IMG/VR virus record: IMGVR_UViG_3300009008_000022
Coordinates: 17,459-81,458 of that record
Source of the DNA: a virus
DNA: 64,000 bases
Direction: 5' to 3' (one strand)
In this document: positions 10,214 through 18,937 of the stretch, piece after piece
Layout: each line of letters starts with the position of its first letter
How positions within the stretch are numbered: position 1 is the first letter of the stretch
Notes under the pieces: generated by a model
What the model saw: the letters and a program-made list of their open reading frames with translations, nothing else
What the model was told of the DNA's origin: nothing
The model's database searches: none
Program-made: the position numbers and the translations under genes

Positions 10214-10535
10214 CGCCTGTGTCTCCTTGGGTGCTATTCAGCAACAGGATCCAACCAAACTGCTCGCACGCCACGCAGCAGACCACCCCAACGGGACGGC
10301 CGCCCATCCGATAGTCGAGCGTTAGCAGCTCGCCGCATTGCTCAGCTCGGCACACCGGGCACGGGTCCGCCCAGGGCGAACGGCCGGTGACGCTAACCTT
10401 GGCGCCGCCCAGCTCCGGCGGCAGAGTGACCCAATCCGGCCGATCTGCAATGACCATGGAGGGCGCTCCGATCTCCTCGGTGGCATCCATCACGATCTGG
10501 TTTGGCAGTCTCCCGCCCGTGTAAGTTTTTTTCAT
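10203..10535 (-). CDS. Hypothetical Zn-finger protein
   Basis: CPVC...CCVAC; GAGGAG RBS. Confidence 0.55.
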   Translation of the reverse strand: MKKTYTGGRLPNQIVMDATEEIGAPSMVIADRPDWVTLPPELGGAKVSVTGRSPWADPCPVCRAEQCGELLTLDYRMGGRPVGVVCCVACEQFGWILLLNSTQGDTGDER

Positions 10536-10891
10536 GCTGACAACTCCTCTTTTTGGGCTTTCACCATGCGGTCAATTTCCTCGTCCAGCCCCGCGCGCAC
10601 CACGCGGCTGGCGTGATAGGTTTTGCGCAGGTAGATGCTCACCGCGAGCTGCACCGACAGCTTGTCCTCCGGCCGCCAGGGCACCATGATCACCCAATGC
10701 AGGTTGCGGGCGCGGTAGACGATCCGTGGCCGGCTGGTTTCGGACAGGCCCGTCACCAGCAGTCCGTCACCCTCAGCCAGCTCCATGCTGGTTTCGGCGC
10801 TCCAATCCTCCACAAGATCGGCCAGCCGATCCTGATTGCCGGTGACGCAGCGCAAATCAGCGGTGATCCAGTCCACCAGGCGGGGCTTCAT
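10532..10891 (-). CDS. Hypothetical protein
   Basis: AAGGAG RBS; overlaps the SNF2 stop (ATGA). Confidence 0.55.
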   Translation of the reverse strand: MKPRLVDWITADLRCVTGNQDRLADLVEDWSAETSMELAEGDGLLVTGLSETSRPRIVYRARNLHWVIMVPWRPEDKLSVQLAVSIYLRKTYHASRVVRAGLDEEIDRMVKAQKEELSA

Positions 10892-12948
10892 GCTGTTTTC
10901 TCCTTGGGGTCCAGGCTTAGCGCCTCCCAGATATGCGGCCCAAGCTGGCGCCGGTAGGTGCGCGCCAGGCGCGTGCACAGCCAAACCTGCCCATCGGTGA
11001 GCTTGCCGGCCGCGGCAACAGAGGCCAATTCGTGCCCGATCCGGGTGTCGATCTTGTTAAATCCGGCGCCGTCCTCGGTCTGGGCGCCGTCGCACCGGCC
11101 GGCCAGGGTCATAACAGCCTCACCGGCGGCCTGACGCTGCGCCTCAGAGGCTTTCGGGTATTGCCGGGGGCGTTGGGGCCGCTTGCGGCCAGAGGGCGAC
11201 ACAGGCTCGGTGATGAGGGGCGCGGCGGTGTCGTTGTCCAGGGCCTTGTCCGCCCATGCCTGTTTTTGCACCAGCGCCTTAGCCATTTTGGAGTCCAGGC
11301 TGCCGTCGAACACGAGGTGTTGCACCAGCACGGCGTTTTCCTGCCCGATGCGGTGGGCGCGGTCCTCTGCCTGGCTCATGTCGCCAGGGGTCCAGGCCAA
11401 CTCGACAAACAGCACCGTGCTCGCCGCGGTGAGCGTGATCCCCACCCCGGCGGCCTTGATCTGGCCCACGAACACCCGCACGTCCGGGTCATTCTGGAAC
11501 CGGTCGATTGATACCTGGCGCGCGTCCATGCCCATCCGGCCGTCCAGCTTCACGGCCTGGGCGCCGAAGTGCTCCATGAGCGCGTCGATTACGTCATGGT
11601 GGTGGGCAAAAACGATGAGCTTGTCCTCTGTCGCTTCCAGCGCGTCGTCAATGTGCCCGGTGGCCGCCTCGACCTTTGCCAGCGCCAGTTTGTGCCGCGC
11701 CTGGGAGATCTCGGTAAACGCGAGCTGCATACCGTCCTTCAAGCGCGCCACCGCGGCCTGATAGGCGTCCTCGTTACCCGCCGCCGCGGCCAGTTCCAAA
11801 TCATCCCTGATTGCGTCGAGCTTATCCTCGTGGGCGGCCCATGCGCGCTGCTCCTGCTCCACCAGGCCGGAGCTGCCATTGGGCGGCAGTTCGATAACCT
11901 GGCGGCGCTTGGGCGGCAGCTCGGTTAAAACGTCGGCTTTCAGCCGGCGCACCATGACCGTGGCGCGGAGCTTTTCTTGCAGCTCGGGCAGGTTGCTGGC
12001 GCCGTCCATGTCCCAGCCCCACCGGGTTTGCTGGGCGTTGCAGTACCGCTTGGCGAAGGTGAAGAAGTTGCGCCAGGTGTCCGGGTCCAGGGCGTTGATC
12101 AGCGGAAACATCTCTTTCGGCCGGTTGAGCATCGGCGTTCCGGTGAGCAGCACCACGCGGCCGGCGCGGTGCACCAGGCCGTCTTTCGCTGCGATCTTCT
12201 TTCGTGGCTTGGCGGTGCGGCCGAAGCAGGCGACGGTGCGCTTGGCTTCGGGATTCTTGCAGTAGTGCGCCTCGTCCATGACCAGCAAATCCCACTCGCG
12301 AGCCATGAGCGAGTCAAACACCTCGGACTTGAGCAGCCGCTCGTAGTTGACGATAACCAGGGTGGCCGCGGCCGGAACCGGCGCGGTTTCCTCCACGACG
12401 TAAGGCGCCCAATGATCATCGGTGAGCCAGCGACCCGCCTCGCGGAACCAGTTGATGCGCAGGCTGGCCGGCACCACGATCAGGGCGGTGCGCGCGTCGG
12501 GGTCCGCGTTGAGGATCCCAAGCGCCTGGATCGTCTTTCCCAGGCCCATTTCATCACCGATCAAGGTGGCGCGGCGGCCCATGGCGTAGGCGATACCAGC
12601 GCGCTGATACGGCAGGTAGTCGTAGCCCTCCGGCGCGGGAATGTCCAAGTCGGTGGCGTCGGTGGCACGGGACGCCTCCACCGCGGCGGTGTGCTCGCCC
12701 AGGGCGGCGCGGGCACCATCGTCGGCATACTCGCTCAGGCGCGCGGCCTTGGCCGTGTCGGGGGTCCACCAGTGACCACCGGGCACGCCAGCCTCGCACG
12801 CCTTGCAGGGGTACTTTTTGCCGCGCCACTCCCGCTCGCCCGCGCAGCCCTTGGGGTGCCACCAGAAGCCGGCGTTTTTAACGGTTGCCTTTTCTTCAAA
12901 GTCGGACTCGGCGTAGAAGGCGCCGCCCTTGTGTAGTAGCAGCATCAT
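10888..12948 (-). CDS. SNF2-family (SMARCAL1/HARP-like) helicase
   Basis: LIGDEMGLGKT, DEAH, LTGTP, VRRLKADV, GVGITLTAA, QAEDRAHRIGQ. Confidence 0.95.
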   Translation of the reverse strand: MMLLLHKGGAFYAESDFEEKATVKNAGFWWHPKGCAGEREWRGKKYPCKACEAGVPGGHWWTPDTAKAARLSEYADDGARAALGEHTAAVEASRATDATDLDIPAPEGYDYLPYQRAGIAYAMGRRATLIGDEMGLGKTIQALGILNADPDARTALIVVPASLRINWFREAGRWLTDDHWAPYVVEETAPVPAAATLVIVNYERLLKSEVFDSLMAREWDLLVMDEAHYCKNPEAKRTVACFGRTAKPRKKIAAKDGLVHRAGRVVLLTGTPMLNRPKEMFPLINALDPDTWRNFFTFAKRYCNAQQTRWGWDMDGASNLPELQEKLRATVMVRRLKADVLTELPPKRRQVIELPPNGSSGLVEQEQRAWAAHEDKLDAIRDDLELAAAAGNEDAYQAAVARLKDGMQLAFTEISQARHKLALAKVEAATGHIDDALEATEDKLIVFAHHHDVIDALMEHFGAQAVKLDGRMGMDARQVSIDRFQNDPDVRVFVGQIKAAGVGITLTAASTVLFVELAWTPGDMSQAEDRAHRIGQENAVLVQHLVFDGSLDSKMAKALVQKQAWADKALDNDTAAPLITEPVSPSGRKRPQRPRQYPKASEAQRQAAGEAVMTLAGRCDGAQTEDGAGFNKIDTRIGHELASVAAAGKLTDGQVWLCTRLARTYRRQLGPHIWEALSLDPKEKTA

Positions 12949-13133
12949 TCCACCTCGGTCGGGTCCAGCTCGGACAGCTCGGTAACGTAGGTGTTCATGT
13001 TGCCCTGGCTCAGCTCATGGGCGAGCGCGCTTGCGTCGTCGGTGCCCATCTCCTCTAGGTGGTCCGCCAGATCCAACATGGCCGTGAGCAGCTTGTGGGC
13101 CGCGGATTGAACATCTCCGAACAGATCTTCCAT
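12945..13133 (-). CDS. Small acidic hypothetical protein
   Basis: AGGAG RBS; coupled to SNF2. Confidence 0.5.
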   Translation of the reverse strand: MEDLFGDVQSAAHKLLTAMLDLADHLEEMGTDDASALAHELSQGNMNTYVTELSELDPTEVE

Positions 13134-13145
13134 GGTTCGTGTCTC

Positions 13146-13532
13146 CTAGACGTTGGGGAAGGAAAGTTGCTGTGCTCCGGCCGTGCTGCGCTTGGGGCGC
13201 TTACGCACCGCCTGGCCGCCCTTGATGGTGTGGCAGTCGCCACAGAGCCAGTCGTCGCCCACCTTGCGCCAGTCCTCTGCATAAGCGGCATGGTCCGCCT
13301 GGCCGCAGTCGGGGCAAACGGCGTCAACCGGCGGGTAGTAGGCGGCAACTCGCCCTGGCGCGGGGTAGTAGCCGACAGAGTAAATCGACTCATCCTTGAT
13401 CTCGGTGTCGCGCTGGCCGTTGGGGTGCTCCCAGATAATCGCCTGGTAGACGCGGCCGTGCACGGCGGCCTTGCCGCGGTAGACGATCTCCCGCGGTGGC
13501 CCTGGCGCTACTTCGCTGATTCGCCGGCCCAT
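13146..13532 (-). CDS. Hypothetical Zn-finger protein ending in a clamp-binding-like motif (QQLSF)
   Basis: CPDC...CGDC; C-terminal QQLSFPNV. Confidence 0.55.
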   Translation of the reverse strand: MGRRISEVAPGPPREIVYRGKAAVHGRVYQAIIWEHPNGQRDTEIKDESIYSVGYYPAPGRVAAYYPPVDAVCPDCGQADHAAYAEDWRKVGDDWLCGDCHTIKGGQAVRKRPKRSTAGAQQLSFPNV

Positions 13533-13843
13533 TAGCGCACCACCTTTTGAGCCCAGGCTGACAGGGGCGCGGCCGGAGCTTCGCCGCGGCGGTTGGCCTG
13601 GTAGTAGGCGCGCAGCTCAGCCTCGCGGCGCCAAACCGTGTTGCGGACGTGATCGTAGCTCTCGCCGGCCGGCTGATCTTCGGCGCCCTCGGTCCAGGCC
13701 GCGTCCCGCTTCGCGTGGCTCAGTCGGATGGTGGCGCCGTCGCCGTAGTTGGCGACCAAGCAAGCGGCGTCCTCGACGTGCTTACAGGCGGCAACATAGC
13801 GGCCTTCAGGGTTGAACACCTTGTATCTCGGAGCTGCTGCCAT
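13532..13843 (-). CDS. Phage hypothetical protein
   Basis: GGGAGG RBS; first gene after the leftward promoter. Confidence 0.6.
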   Translation of the reverse strand: MAAAPRYKVFNPEGRYVAACKHVEDAACLVANYGDGATIRLSHAKRDAAWTEGAEDQPAGESYDHVRNTVWRREAELRAYYQANRRGEAPAAPLSAWAQKVVR

Positions 13844-13876
13844 TTTGAGCCTCCCTTGCTCTGTCCTTTCACCCAC

Positions 13877-13947
13877 AATCTAATTGCTGCATTGTGCTGT
13901 GTCAAGGTGCAATGTGATGTTGACAGCAGCTCTGGCGTGGCTACATT
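13877..13947. promoter_or_regulatory. Divergent sigma70 promoter pair (minus: TTGACA-17-TAGATT at 13877-13905; plus: TTGACA-16-TACATT at 13920-13947)
   Basis: AT-rich switch region between the leftward and rightward operons. Confidence 0.75.
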
Positions 13948-13977
13948 GTGGTTGAGGGGAAAGCCAAGGAGGCGAGG

Positions 13978-14298
13978 ATGAAAACCAAAACGGTCGGAGC
14001 AACGGATTACTACAACGCGCTGCCCAACTGGAAGCCCTGGAAAGACGGCGACGGCAACCCGGCGGCCTGGGCTGAGCTGGCCTGGAGCGGCGACGGCGAG
14101 CCCCCCGCCCTGGGCGAGCGGGTGAACATCAACTTCAACGGCCTGGGCGACGGCGAGGTGGAGGGCTACTTCGGGGAGCACGGCTTCCTCGGGGTGCTGG
14201 TCAAGCTGGACCGGCCGCCGGCCTGGTACACCCGGCAGAACGGCGCGGACGCGCCCGCTTACGCCTTCGGCGCCGAGTGCGCGCCGCCCACCAACTAG
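13978..14298 (+). CDS. Hypothetical protein
   Basis: AGGAGG RBS; strong GC3 codon bias. Confidence 0.6.
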   Translation: MKTKTVGATDYYNALPNWKPWKDGDGNPAAWAELAWSGDGEPPALGERVNINFNGLGDGEVEGYFGEHGFLGVLVKLDRPPAWYTRQNGADAPAYAFGAECAPPTN

Positions 14299-14310
14299 GG
14301 AGGTGACAAA

Positions 14311-14853
14311 GTGACCGCTTACAAGCTCGACAAGGTGCCGGAGGCCGCTTCGGTGCTCTGGATTCTCGGTGACGATCAGGACGCGGAGATCGGCGTGTGC
14401 AAGCTGGCGGCGTTCCTGGCGGACAACGAATCCATGGAGCCGGCCGAACTTTGGGCGCTGGCTTCCCTGGAGCCGGGGCAGCTCCACACCGGCGGCGGCG
14501 GCGCGGCGCCCATCTGGCGCGTGCTCCGGCTGACGGATGAGTCAGAGTGCATGGGAGTGACCACCTGGCCCACGGTGGCCCTGGTGGACGACAGCGCCGA
14601 AACGCGGTGGGTTTACCGCGGGTGGGATAGCGGCGGCGACGACATGGAGTTTTACCAGGGCTACGGCGACCGGCTGTCTTACCCTGACTGGTCAGACGAC
14701 GCGGCGGTCAAGACCTGGGCGCGCACGCTGGCCGCCCAGCTCGCCGGAGCCGGAGAGGCTATCTGGCTCGCCAAGATTAGAACCTGCCCCACTTGCGGGA
14801 TGCACTACACGCCGGCCACCGGAACCTGCCCCCACGGCCAGCGCAGCAAGTAG
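14311..14853 (+). CDS. Hypothetical protein
   Basis: GGAGGT RBS; C-terminal CPTC...CPH. Confidence 0.55.
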   Translation: MTAYKLDKVPEAASVLWILGDDQDAEIGVCKLAAFLADNESMEPAELWALASLEPGQLHTGGGGAAPIWRVLRLTDESECMGVTTWPTVALVDDSAETRWVYRGWDSGGDDMEFYQGYGDRLSYPDWSDDAAVKTWARTLAAQLAGAGEAIWLAKIRTCPTCGMHYTPATGTCPHGQRSK

Positions 14854-14857
14854 CCGC

Positions 14858-14886
14858 TTGACACTCCAGATTGCATCACCTATAAA
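14858..14886 (+). promoter_or_regulatory. sigma70 promoter TTGACA-17-TATAAA
   Basis: Near-perfect consensus in the intergenic gap. Confidence 0.8.
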
Positions 14887-14975
14887 TTGAATCCAGGCGC
14901 GCTGGCGCGGCTACCCATTGCCCCCCCCTCGATGGACCCGCCGCCCTAGCGCGCCATTTTCATAAGGGGCACGCC

Positions 14976-15443
14976 ATGACTCACATCCGAAACACAGAGC
15001 ATTTGATCGCCTGGCTTGAAGCCAGCGGATACCGCAATATCGTGCTGGCGGTGGGCGACCTGTTGAACGTGCTGCCGGACTGGCAACGGATCGTCGCGGC
15101 AGAGGCCATGGGCGCGCACGCAGGCCGCTTGCCGGACGGCCCGCGGCCGGACGTTGACAGCCTGGACGGTGCCGCCCTGGGCGAGCTGCTGCGCAACCTG
15201 GCGGTGGACGGCTATCTGTGCCTGCCCGTGGATTACCTGGCCGGCCTGGACATGGATCGGCTGGCCGCGCTGCAAGAGGCGGTGTTTGCGTATCGCGAGT
15301 ATCGGCAGGCCATGTTTAAGCCGACTGTTTGGGAGGTTTGCGGCTGCGACGATCCTACTCGCTGCCCCATGTGCGACGGCCGCGGAGAGGTGGAGGTTTG
15401 CGTGGAGCTGAGCGAAGCTGAGCAAGAGCTGGCCCGCGGATAA
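14976..15443 (+). CDS. Hypothetical protein with C-terminal Zn-binding motif
   Basis: CGC...CPMCDGRG; AAGGGG RBS. Confidence 0.55.
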   Translation: MTHIRNTEHLIAWLEASGYRNIVLAVGDLLNVLPDWQRIVAAEAMGAHAGRLPDGPRPDVDSLDGAALGELLRNLAVDGYLCLPVDYLAGLDMDRLAALQEAVFAYREYRQAMFKPTVWEVCGCDDPTRCPMCDGRGEVEVCVELSEAEQELARG

Positions 15444-15554
15444 CTGTCCACAAGGCCGCGCATTCTAGCACTTCCCCGTCGAGAAAGCCTGTTGACAACC
15501 TGTTGACTTAAAAAAACTTGCCAACGGTTGCCAGCCTTTGCTAGTTTGGCCGGC

Positions 15555-15737
15555 ATGGCAATTTCAATCTCGTTATCCATTCCCGAAGATCTCAAAAAGA
15601 AGCTCGACGCAGCCCACGCCGCGGCGGTGAAAGACTTGCCGGACGGCGCCACACTTTCATGGTCCGCGTTCGTGTGCTCCCACTTGCGTGACTCTCTGGG
15701 CAACGGTCACAAGGCCAAAAAACGCACCGCAAAATAG
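15555..15737 (+). CDS. Small RHH-like regulator
   Basis: ISISLSIPEDLKKKLD...SWSAFV (beta-alpha-alpha) directly upstream of the initiator. Confidence 0.5.
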   Translation: MAISISLSIPEDLKKKLDAAHAAAVKDLPDGATLSWSAFVCSHLRDSLGNGHKAKKRTAK

Positions 15738-15746
15738 GGGGGAGTC

Positions 15747-16598
15747 ATGGCAAAGAAACGTCCGGCGTTTCAGTTCTACCCTGGCGACTGGCGGCGCGAT
15801 CTGAGCTTGCAAAGCTGCTCGCTCATGGCTCGTGGGCTTTGGTTTGAGATCATGTGCCTGGCCCATGACGGCAAGCCGTATGGGCACCTGAAAGTCAACG
15901 GCCACGCGATCAAGGTGGAACAGCTCGCGCGCATGGTGGGCGAAGGGCTGGACAACGTGCGCGCCGGCCTGGCCGAGCTGGAGAATGCCGGGGTGTTTTC
16001 GCGCGCCGATGATGGAACGATCTACAGCCGGCGCATGGTGCGGGATGAGAAAACCAGGGAGGCGCGACGGCTGGCCGGCTTGAAGGGCGGCAACCCTGCT
16101 TTGCTTAACCAAGGGGATAACCCGCGGGATAAGCAATCCGTAGCAGATGCAGATGCAAATGCAGAAAGCAAGGGAGGGGGTGCAGGGGGAGGGAAGCCGA
16201 AACCCTGGGAGGATGAAGCCTGGCCCGGTCACGCGCTGGTCAAGCTCTGGTTTGAGGGACACCCGTATTTTGCCGGCAATGGGGGGCGGGTGACAGAGCC
16301 CGTGCGAAAGCGCGTGGTCAAGGCGGTGGACGGGCTGCTCCGGCTAGATGAGCGCGACCCGGAGCAAGTGTTCCTGATGTTTCGCTGGATATTCAGGGAT
16401 GCGCCGCGCGGAGACTGGCAAGGGTGGGCGGCCGTCATGCGCAACCCGCAGAAGCTCCGCGAGCTGAGCAAGGACGGGATCAGTCGATATTGGGACGTGA
16501 TTAAAGACCAGATGGATAACCCGCGGAAGCCGAGCGGGGGCGGCCGGCGCCACGAGCCGACCATGGAGGAACTGCGCCGTTCCTGGGAGGGTGAATGA
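15747..16598 (+). CDS. Replication initiator (DUF1376/YdaU-like N-terminus), with internal iteron/origin segment
   Basis: PAFQFYPGDW...ARGLWFEIMC..H...IYSRRMVRD; followed by a DnaC-like loader (lambdoid O-P arrangement). Confidence 0.8.
   Translation: MAKKRPAFQFYPGDWRRDLSLQSCSLMARGLWFEIMCLAHDGKPYGHLKVNGHAIKVEQLARMVGEGLDNVRAGLAELENAGVFSRADDGTIYSRRMVRDEKTREARRLAGLKGGNPALLNQGDNPRDKQSVADADANAESKGGGAGGGKPKPWEDEAWPGHALVKLWFEGHPYFAGNGGRVTEPVRKRVVKAVDGLLRLDERDPEQVFLMFRWIFRDAPRGDWQGWAAVMRNPQKLRELSKDGISRYWDVIKDQMDNPRKPSGGGRRHEPTMEELRRSWEGE
16085..16200 (+). repeat. Putative replication origin iterons inside the initiator gene (12-bp period GCTTAACC/GGATAACC/GGATAAGC, then GCAGAT repeats and a G-rich tract)
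   Basis: Direct repeats in the linker region of the initiator, as in lambdoid origins. Confidence 0.55.
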
Positions 16599-17368
16599 GC
16601 GACGATAAGCGCATAACGGCAGAGGAAGCGCAGCGCCAGTTAGACCAAGCCAGGGAGAACGCTGGAGTGTCTAGCGAGCCCGCGCCAATCTCCGAGCTGG
16701 TAACGCCGGACAAGGTAGGCCGCGGCCGGCCGCCGGCATTCGGGGAAGTGGTGCCGGTTTACCGCACGCGCGTTCCCTGGGAAGAAAGCGAGATCAAGCG
16801 CGCGGAGCAGAGCGGGGACGGTGACAAGATCCGCGCGGCCAAACTGCGCACCATGATCCGCGCGAAGGGCATACCGCCGCGGCTGGCCCGCGCCCTGGTG
16901 GACGGCAAGAATGAGCACGGCGAGCCGTTAGACAAGCGCGAACAGGACAAGCGCGTGTGGGCAGCTCTGAAAGGCGGGCGCAGTCCGATTGCCCTGTATG
17001 GTCCGCCTGGCACCGGCAAGAGCTTAACCGCGGCGCGCGTGGTGGCTAAGAATCGACGCGCGGTCTGGATTCGTGGCTACGACGTTAGCCGAGCCAAGCG
17101 GGAGGAGATCGACGCCTGGCGCGCGGCCGATATGCTGGTGATCGATGAGATCGGCCGCGGCGCGGAGTGGGCCGGCCGGGAATCAGAGGAGCTTGTGCAC
17201 CACCGCTGCGATTACATGCTGCTCACGATCCTGATAACCAATTTCGAGCAACCAAGCGGGTGGATCATGCGACGGGCCAGGGCGTATGGGGAGCTGATCG
17301 GGTGCGATCACTTCTACTGCCCTGGAGTGACCCCAGCCGACAGAGGTAAGGGCGAGAGTAAGAAATGA
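16595..17368 (+). CDS. DnaC/IstB-like AAA+ helicase loader
   Basis: Walker A GPPGTGKS, Walker B LVIDEIG, TILITN. Confidence 0.85.
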   Translation: MSDDKRITAEEAQRQLDQARENAGVSSEPAPISELVTPDKVGRGRPPAFGEVVPVYRTRVPWEESEIKRAEQSGDGDKIRAAKLRTMIRAKGIPPRLARALVDGKNEHGEPLDKREQDKRVWAALKGGRSPIALYGPPGTGKSLTAARVVAKNRRAVWIRGYDVSRAKREEIDAWRAADMLVIDEIGRGAEWAGRESEELVHHRCDYMLLTILITNFEQPSGWIMRRARAYGELIGCDHFYCPGVTPADRGKGESKK

Positions 17369-17727
17369 GCATTTACACCTACAAGGCGCAGTCAACCAGG
17401 GTGGTAGACGGCGATACGATTGATTTTAGGGTGGATCTCGGCTTTGGGGTTTACATGGCGTTGCGCGTCCGCCTCCGCGGCGTTGACACGCCAGAGCTGC
17501 GCAGCCGCAACGCCGCGGAGCGCGCCCACGCGCAAGAGGCCGCCGCCCTGGTGCGCGCCGAGCTGGACAGCCGGCCGGACGTGACGCTGAAAACCTACAA
17601 GGACCGCACCGGCAAATACGGCCGCTATCTGGCGGACGTGATCTTCAGCAACGGTGACAGCCTGGTAGAGATGCTGATCGCAGAGGGCATGGAAAAACGC
17701 GACGTTTACCCGGAGCCCGCGGAGTGA
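17365..17727 (+). CDS. Thermonuclease (SNase-like)
   Basis: RVVDGDT, RLRGVDTPE, GKYGRYLA. Confidence 0.9.
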   Translation: MSIYTYKAQSTRVVDGDTIDFRVDLGFGVYMALRVRLRGVDTPELRSRNAAERAHAQEAAALVRAELDSRPDVTLKTYKDRTGKYGRYLADVIFSNGDSLVEMLIAEGMEKRDVYPEPAE

Positions 17728-17729
17728 GT

Positions 17730-18530
17730 TTACTTGAGGTTGAGCCCCACGGCGGAAAGCCAGGTGCCGGCATGGGTCTGGACCTGGCCGCTGGCCTGAT
17801 CGGGACACCGGAAGTTGATCTCCAGCGTGTCACCGTTCGATACATAAATCGCCCGCTGCATCATGTAGGTTTCCGCCGAGCCGGCCAGCCTCATGCGCGA
17901 GAACAGATCCGGCGCAGCTCCGTTGTGAGAGATACCCATCTGGTAGTTATTTACCTGGCTGGACCCGCCGAAAAAGTGGACCGTGATCAGCGCCCAGCAC
18001 GGATCTGTGCCCTGGTAGGTCAGCGTTGCGTTTTTGGTTCCGCCATGCGTGAACAGATCGCTATCCACCGCGGTGCAAACCAGGCTGCCGGAGTCGTCAA
18101 GGGCGTACCAAGTGTTTTGGGTGGTCAGGGTCAGCGACCCGTCCGTTGTGACCTGGAACGCGCCGGAGACAACCTCTTGAGCCTTGTCAATGCGCAGGAA
18201 CAGATCGGTGGCGTTGAAAGCAATCCCCACCCGTTGCTGGTTTGCTGGCGCGGTGGTAGTCAGCGCGCCGGACGTGCCCAGGAAATAGTTGTCGTCAAAG
18301 GTCATGCCCGTGGAGAAACCCTCAAACAGCCCACGGGTCTGGACCCTGCACGTTGTGGAGTCGATCACCTCGCAGACCAGGCCAAAAACCCGGTGTCCGC
18401 TGCCGGCGCTGGCCGGCGCCACCTTGCCCGCCGCCACGAGGTAAACGGCGTCCTTAACCGCAACGGCGTCGGTGTCGTTCGTGCATTGATCGATGCAAAA
18501 GCTGTTGAGCTGCTTTCTCGTGATAGCCAT
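17730..18530 (-). CDS. Virion decoration/fibre-like protein (capsid-cement-like N-domain plus jelly-roll/C1q-like C-domain), inverted
   Basis: DAVYL..AGKV.PA....G.V...T.G.....YFL...GALTTTAP...QRVGIA pattern; beta-rich C-terminus. Confidence 0.55.
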   Translation of the reverse strand: MAITRKQLNSFCIDQCTNDTDAVAVKDAVYLVAAGKVAPASAGSGHRVFGLVCEVIDSTTCRVQTRGLFEGFSTGMTFDDNYFLGTSGALTTTAPANQQRVGIAFNATDLFLRIDKAQEVVSGAFQVTTDGSLTLTTQNTWYALDDSGSLVCTAVDSDLFTHGGTKNATLTYQGTDPCWALITVHFFGGSSQVNNYQMGISHNGAAPDLFSRMRLAGSAETYMMQRAIYVSNGDTLEINFRCPDQASGQVQTHAGTWLSAVGLNLK

Positions 18531-18547
18531 GGGCGGAATTGTACCAG

Positions 18548-18883
18548 ATGAGGCGAGCTGCAAAAGTGGACGGGAACCAGTCGCAGATCGTGGCCGATCT
18601 CCGGCGGTGCTACCTGTCGGTGTGGCCCACGCACCAGTTAGGGAAGGGGTTTCCTGATATTGCGGTGGGCTACCAGGGCCGCAACTACCTGTTTGAGATC
18701 AAAGACCCTGCCCAGGAGCCAGCTCGACGCCGGCTTACCGAGGATGAGGCCGATTGGCACCTTGCATGGAGAGGCCAGGTGCACGTCATTGAAACGTCGC
18801 GGGACGCCATGATTATCCTGGGCATGGTGAAGGGTACGCCGGACGATTTAGCCCGGATCAAATCGCAGCAAATTAAATCTTGA
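18548..18883 (+). CDS. VRR-NUC-type endonuclease / Holliday junction resolvase
   Basis: RAAKVDGNQ, GFPDIAVG, FEIKD, LTEDE..W...WRG. Confidence 0.8.
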   Translation: MRRAAKVDGNQSQIVADLRRCYLSVWPTHQLGKGFPDIAVGYQGRNYLFEIKDPAQEPARRRLTEDEADWHLAWRGQVHVIETSRDAMIILGMVKGTPDDLARIKSQQIKS

Positions 18884-18909
18884 CGCTGCAATATGCTGTG
18901 AACTATAAC
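18880..18909 (+). promoter_or_regulatory. sigma70 promoter TTGACG-18-TATAAC with operator
   Basis: Upstream of recT; contains GCTGCAATATGCTGTG. Confidence 0.7.
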
Positions 18910-18937
18910 CAACGGTATGTCAAAGCCATGGGAGGGC

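Noticed and set aside
17724-18551. 275-aa plus-strand ORF in operon orientation
   Set aside because: It is an antisense shadow with Arg/His-rich, non-protein-like composition; the minus-strand ORF has recognisable motifs.
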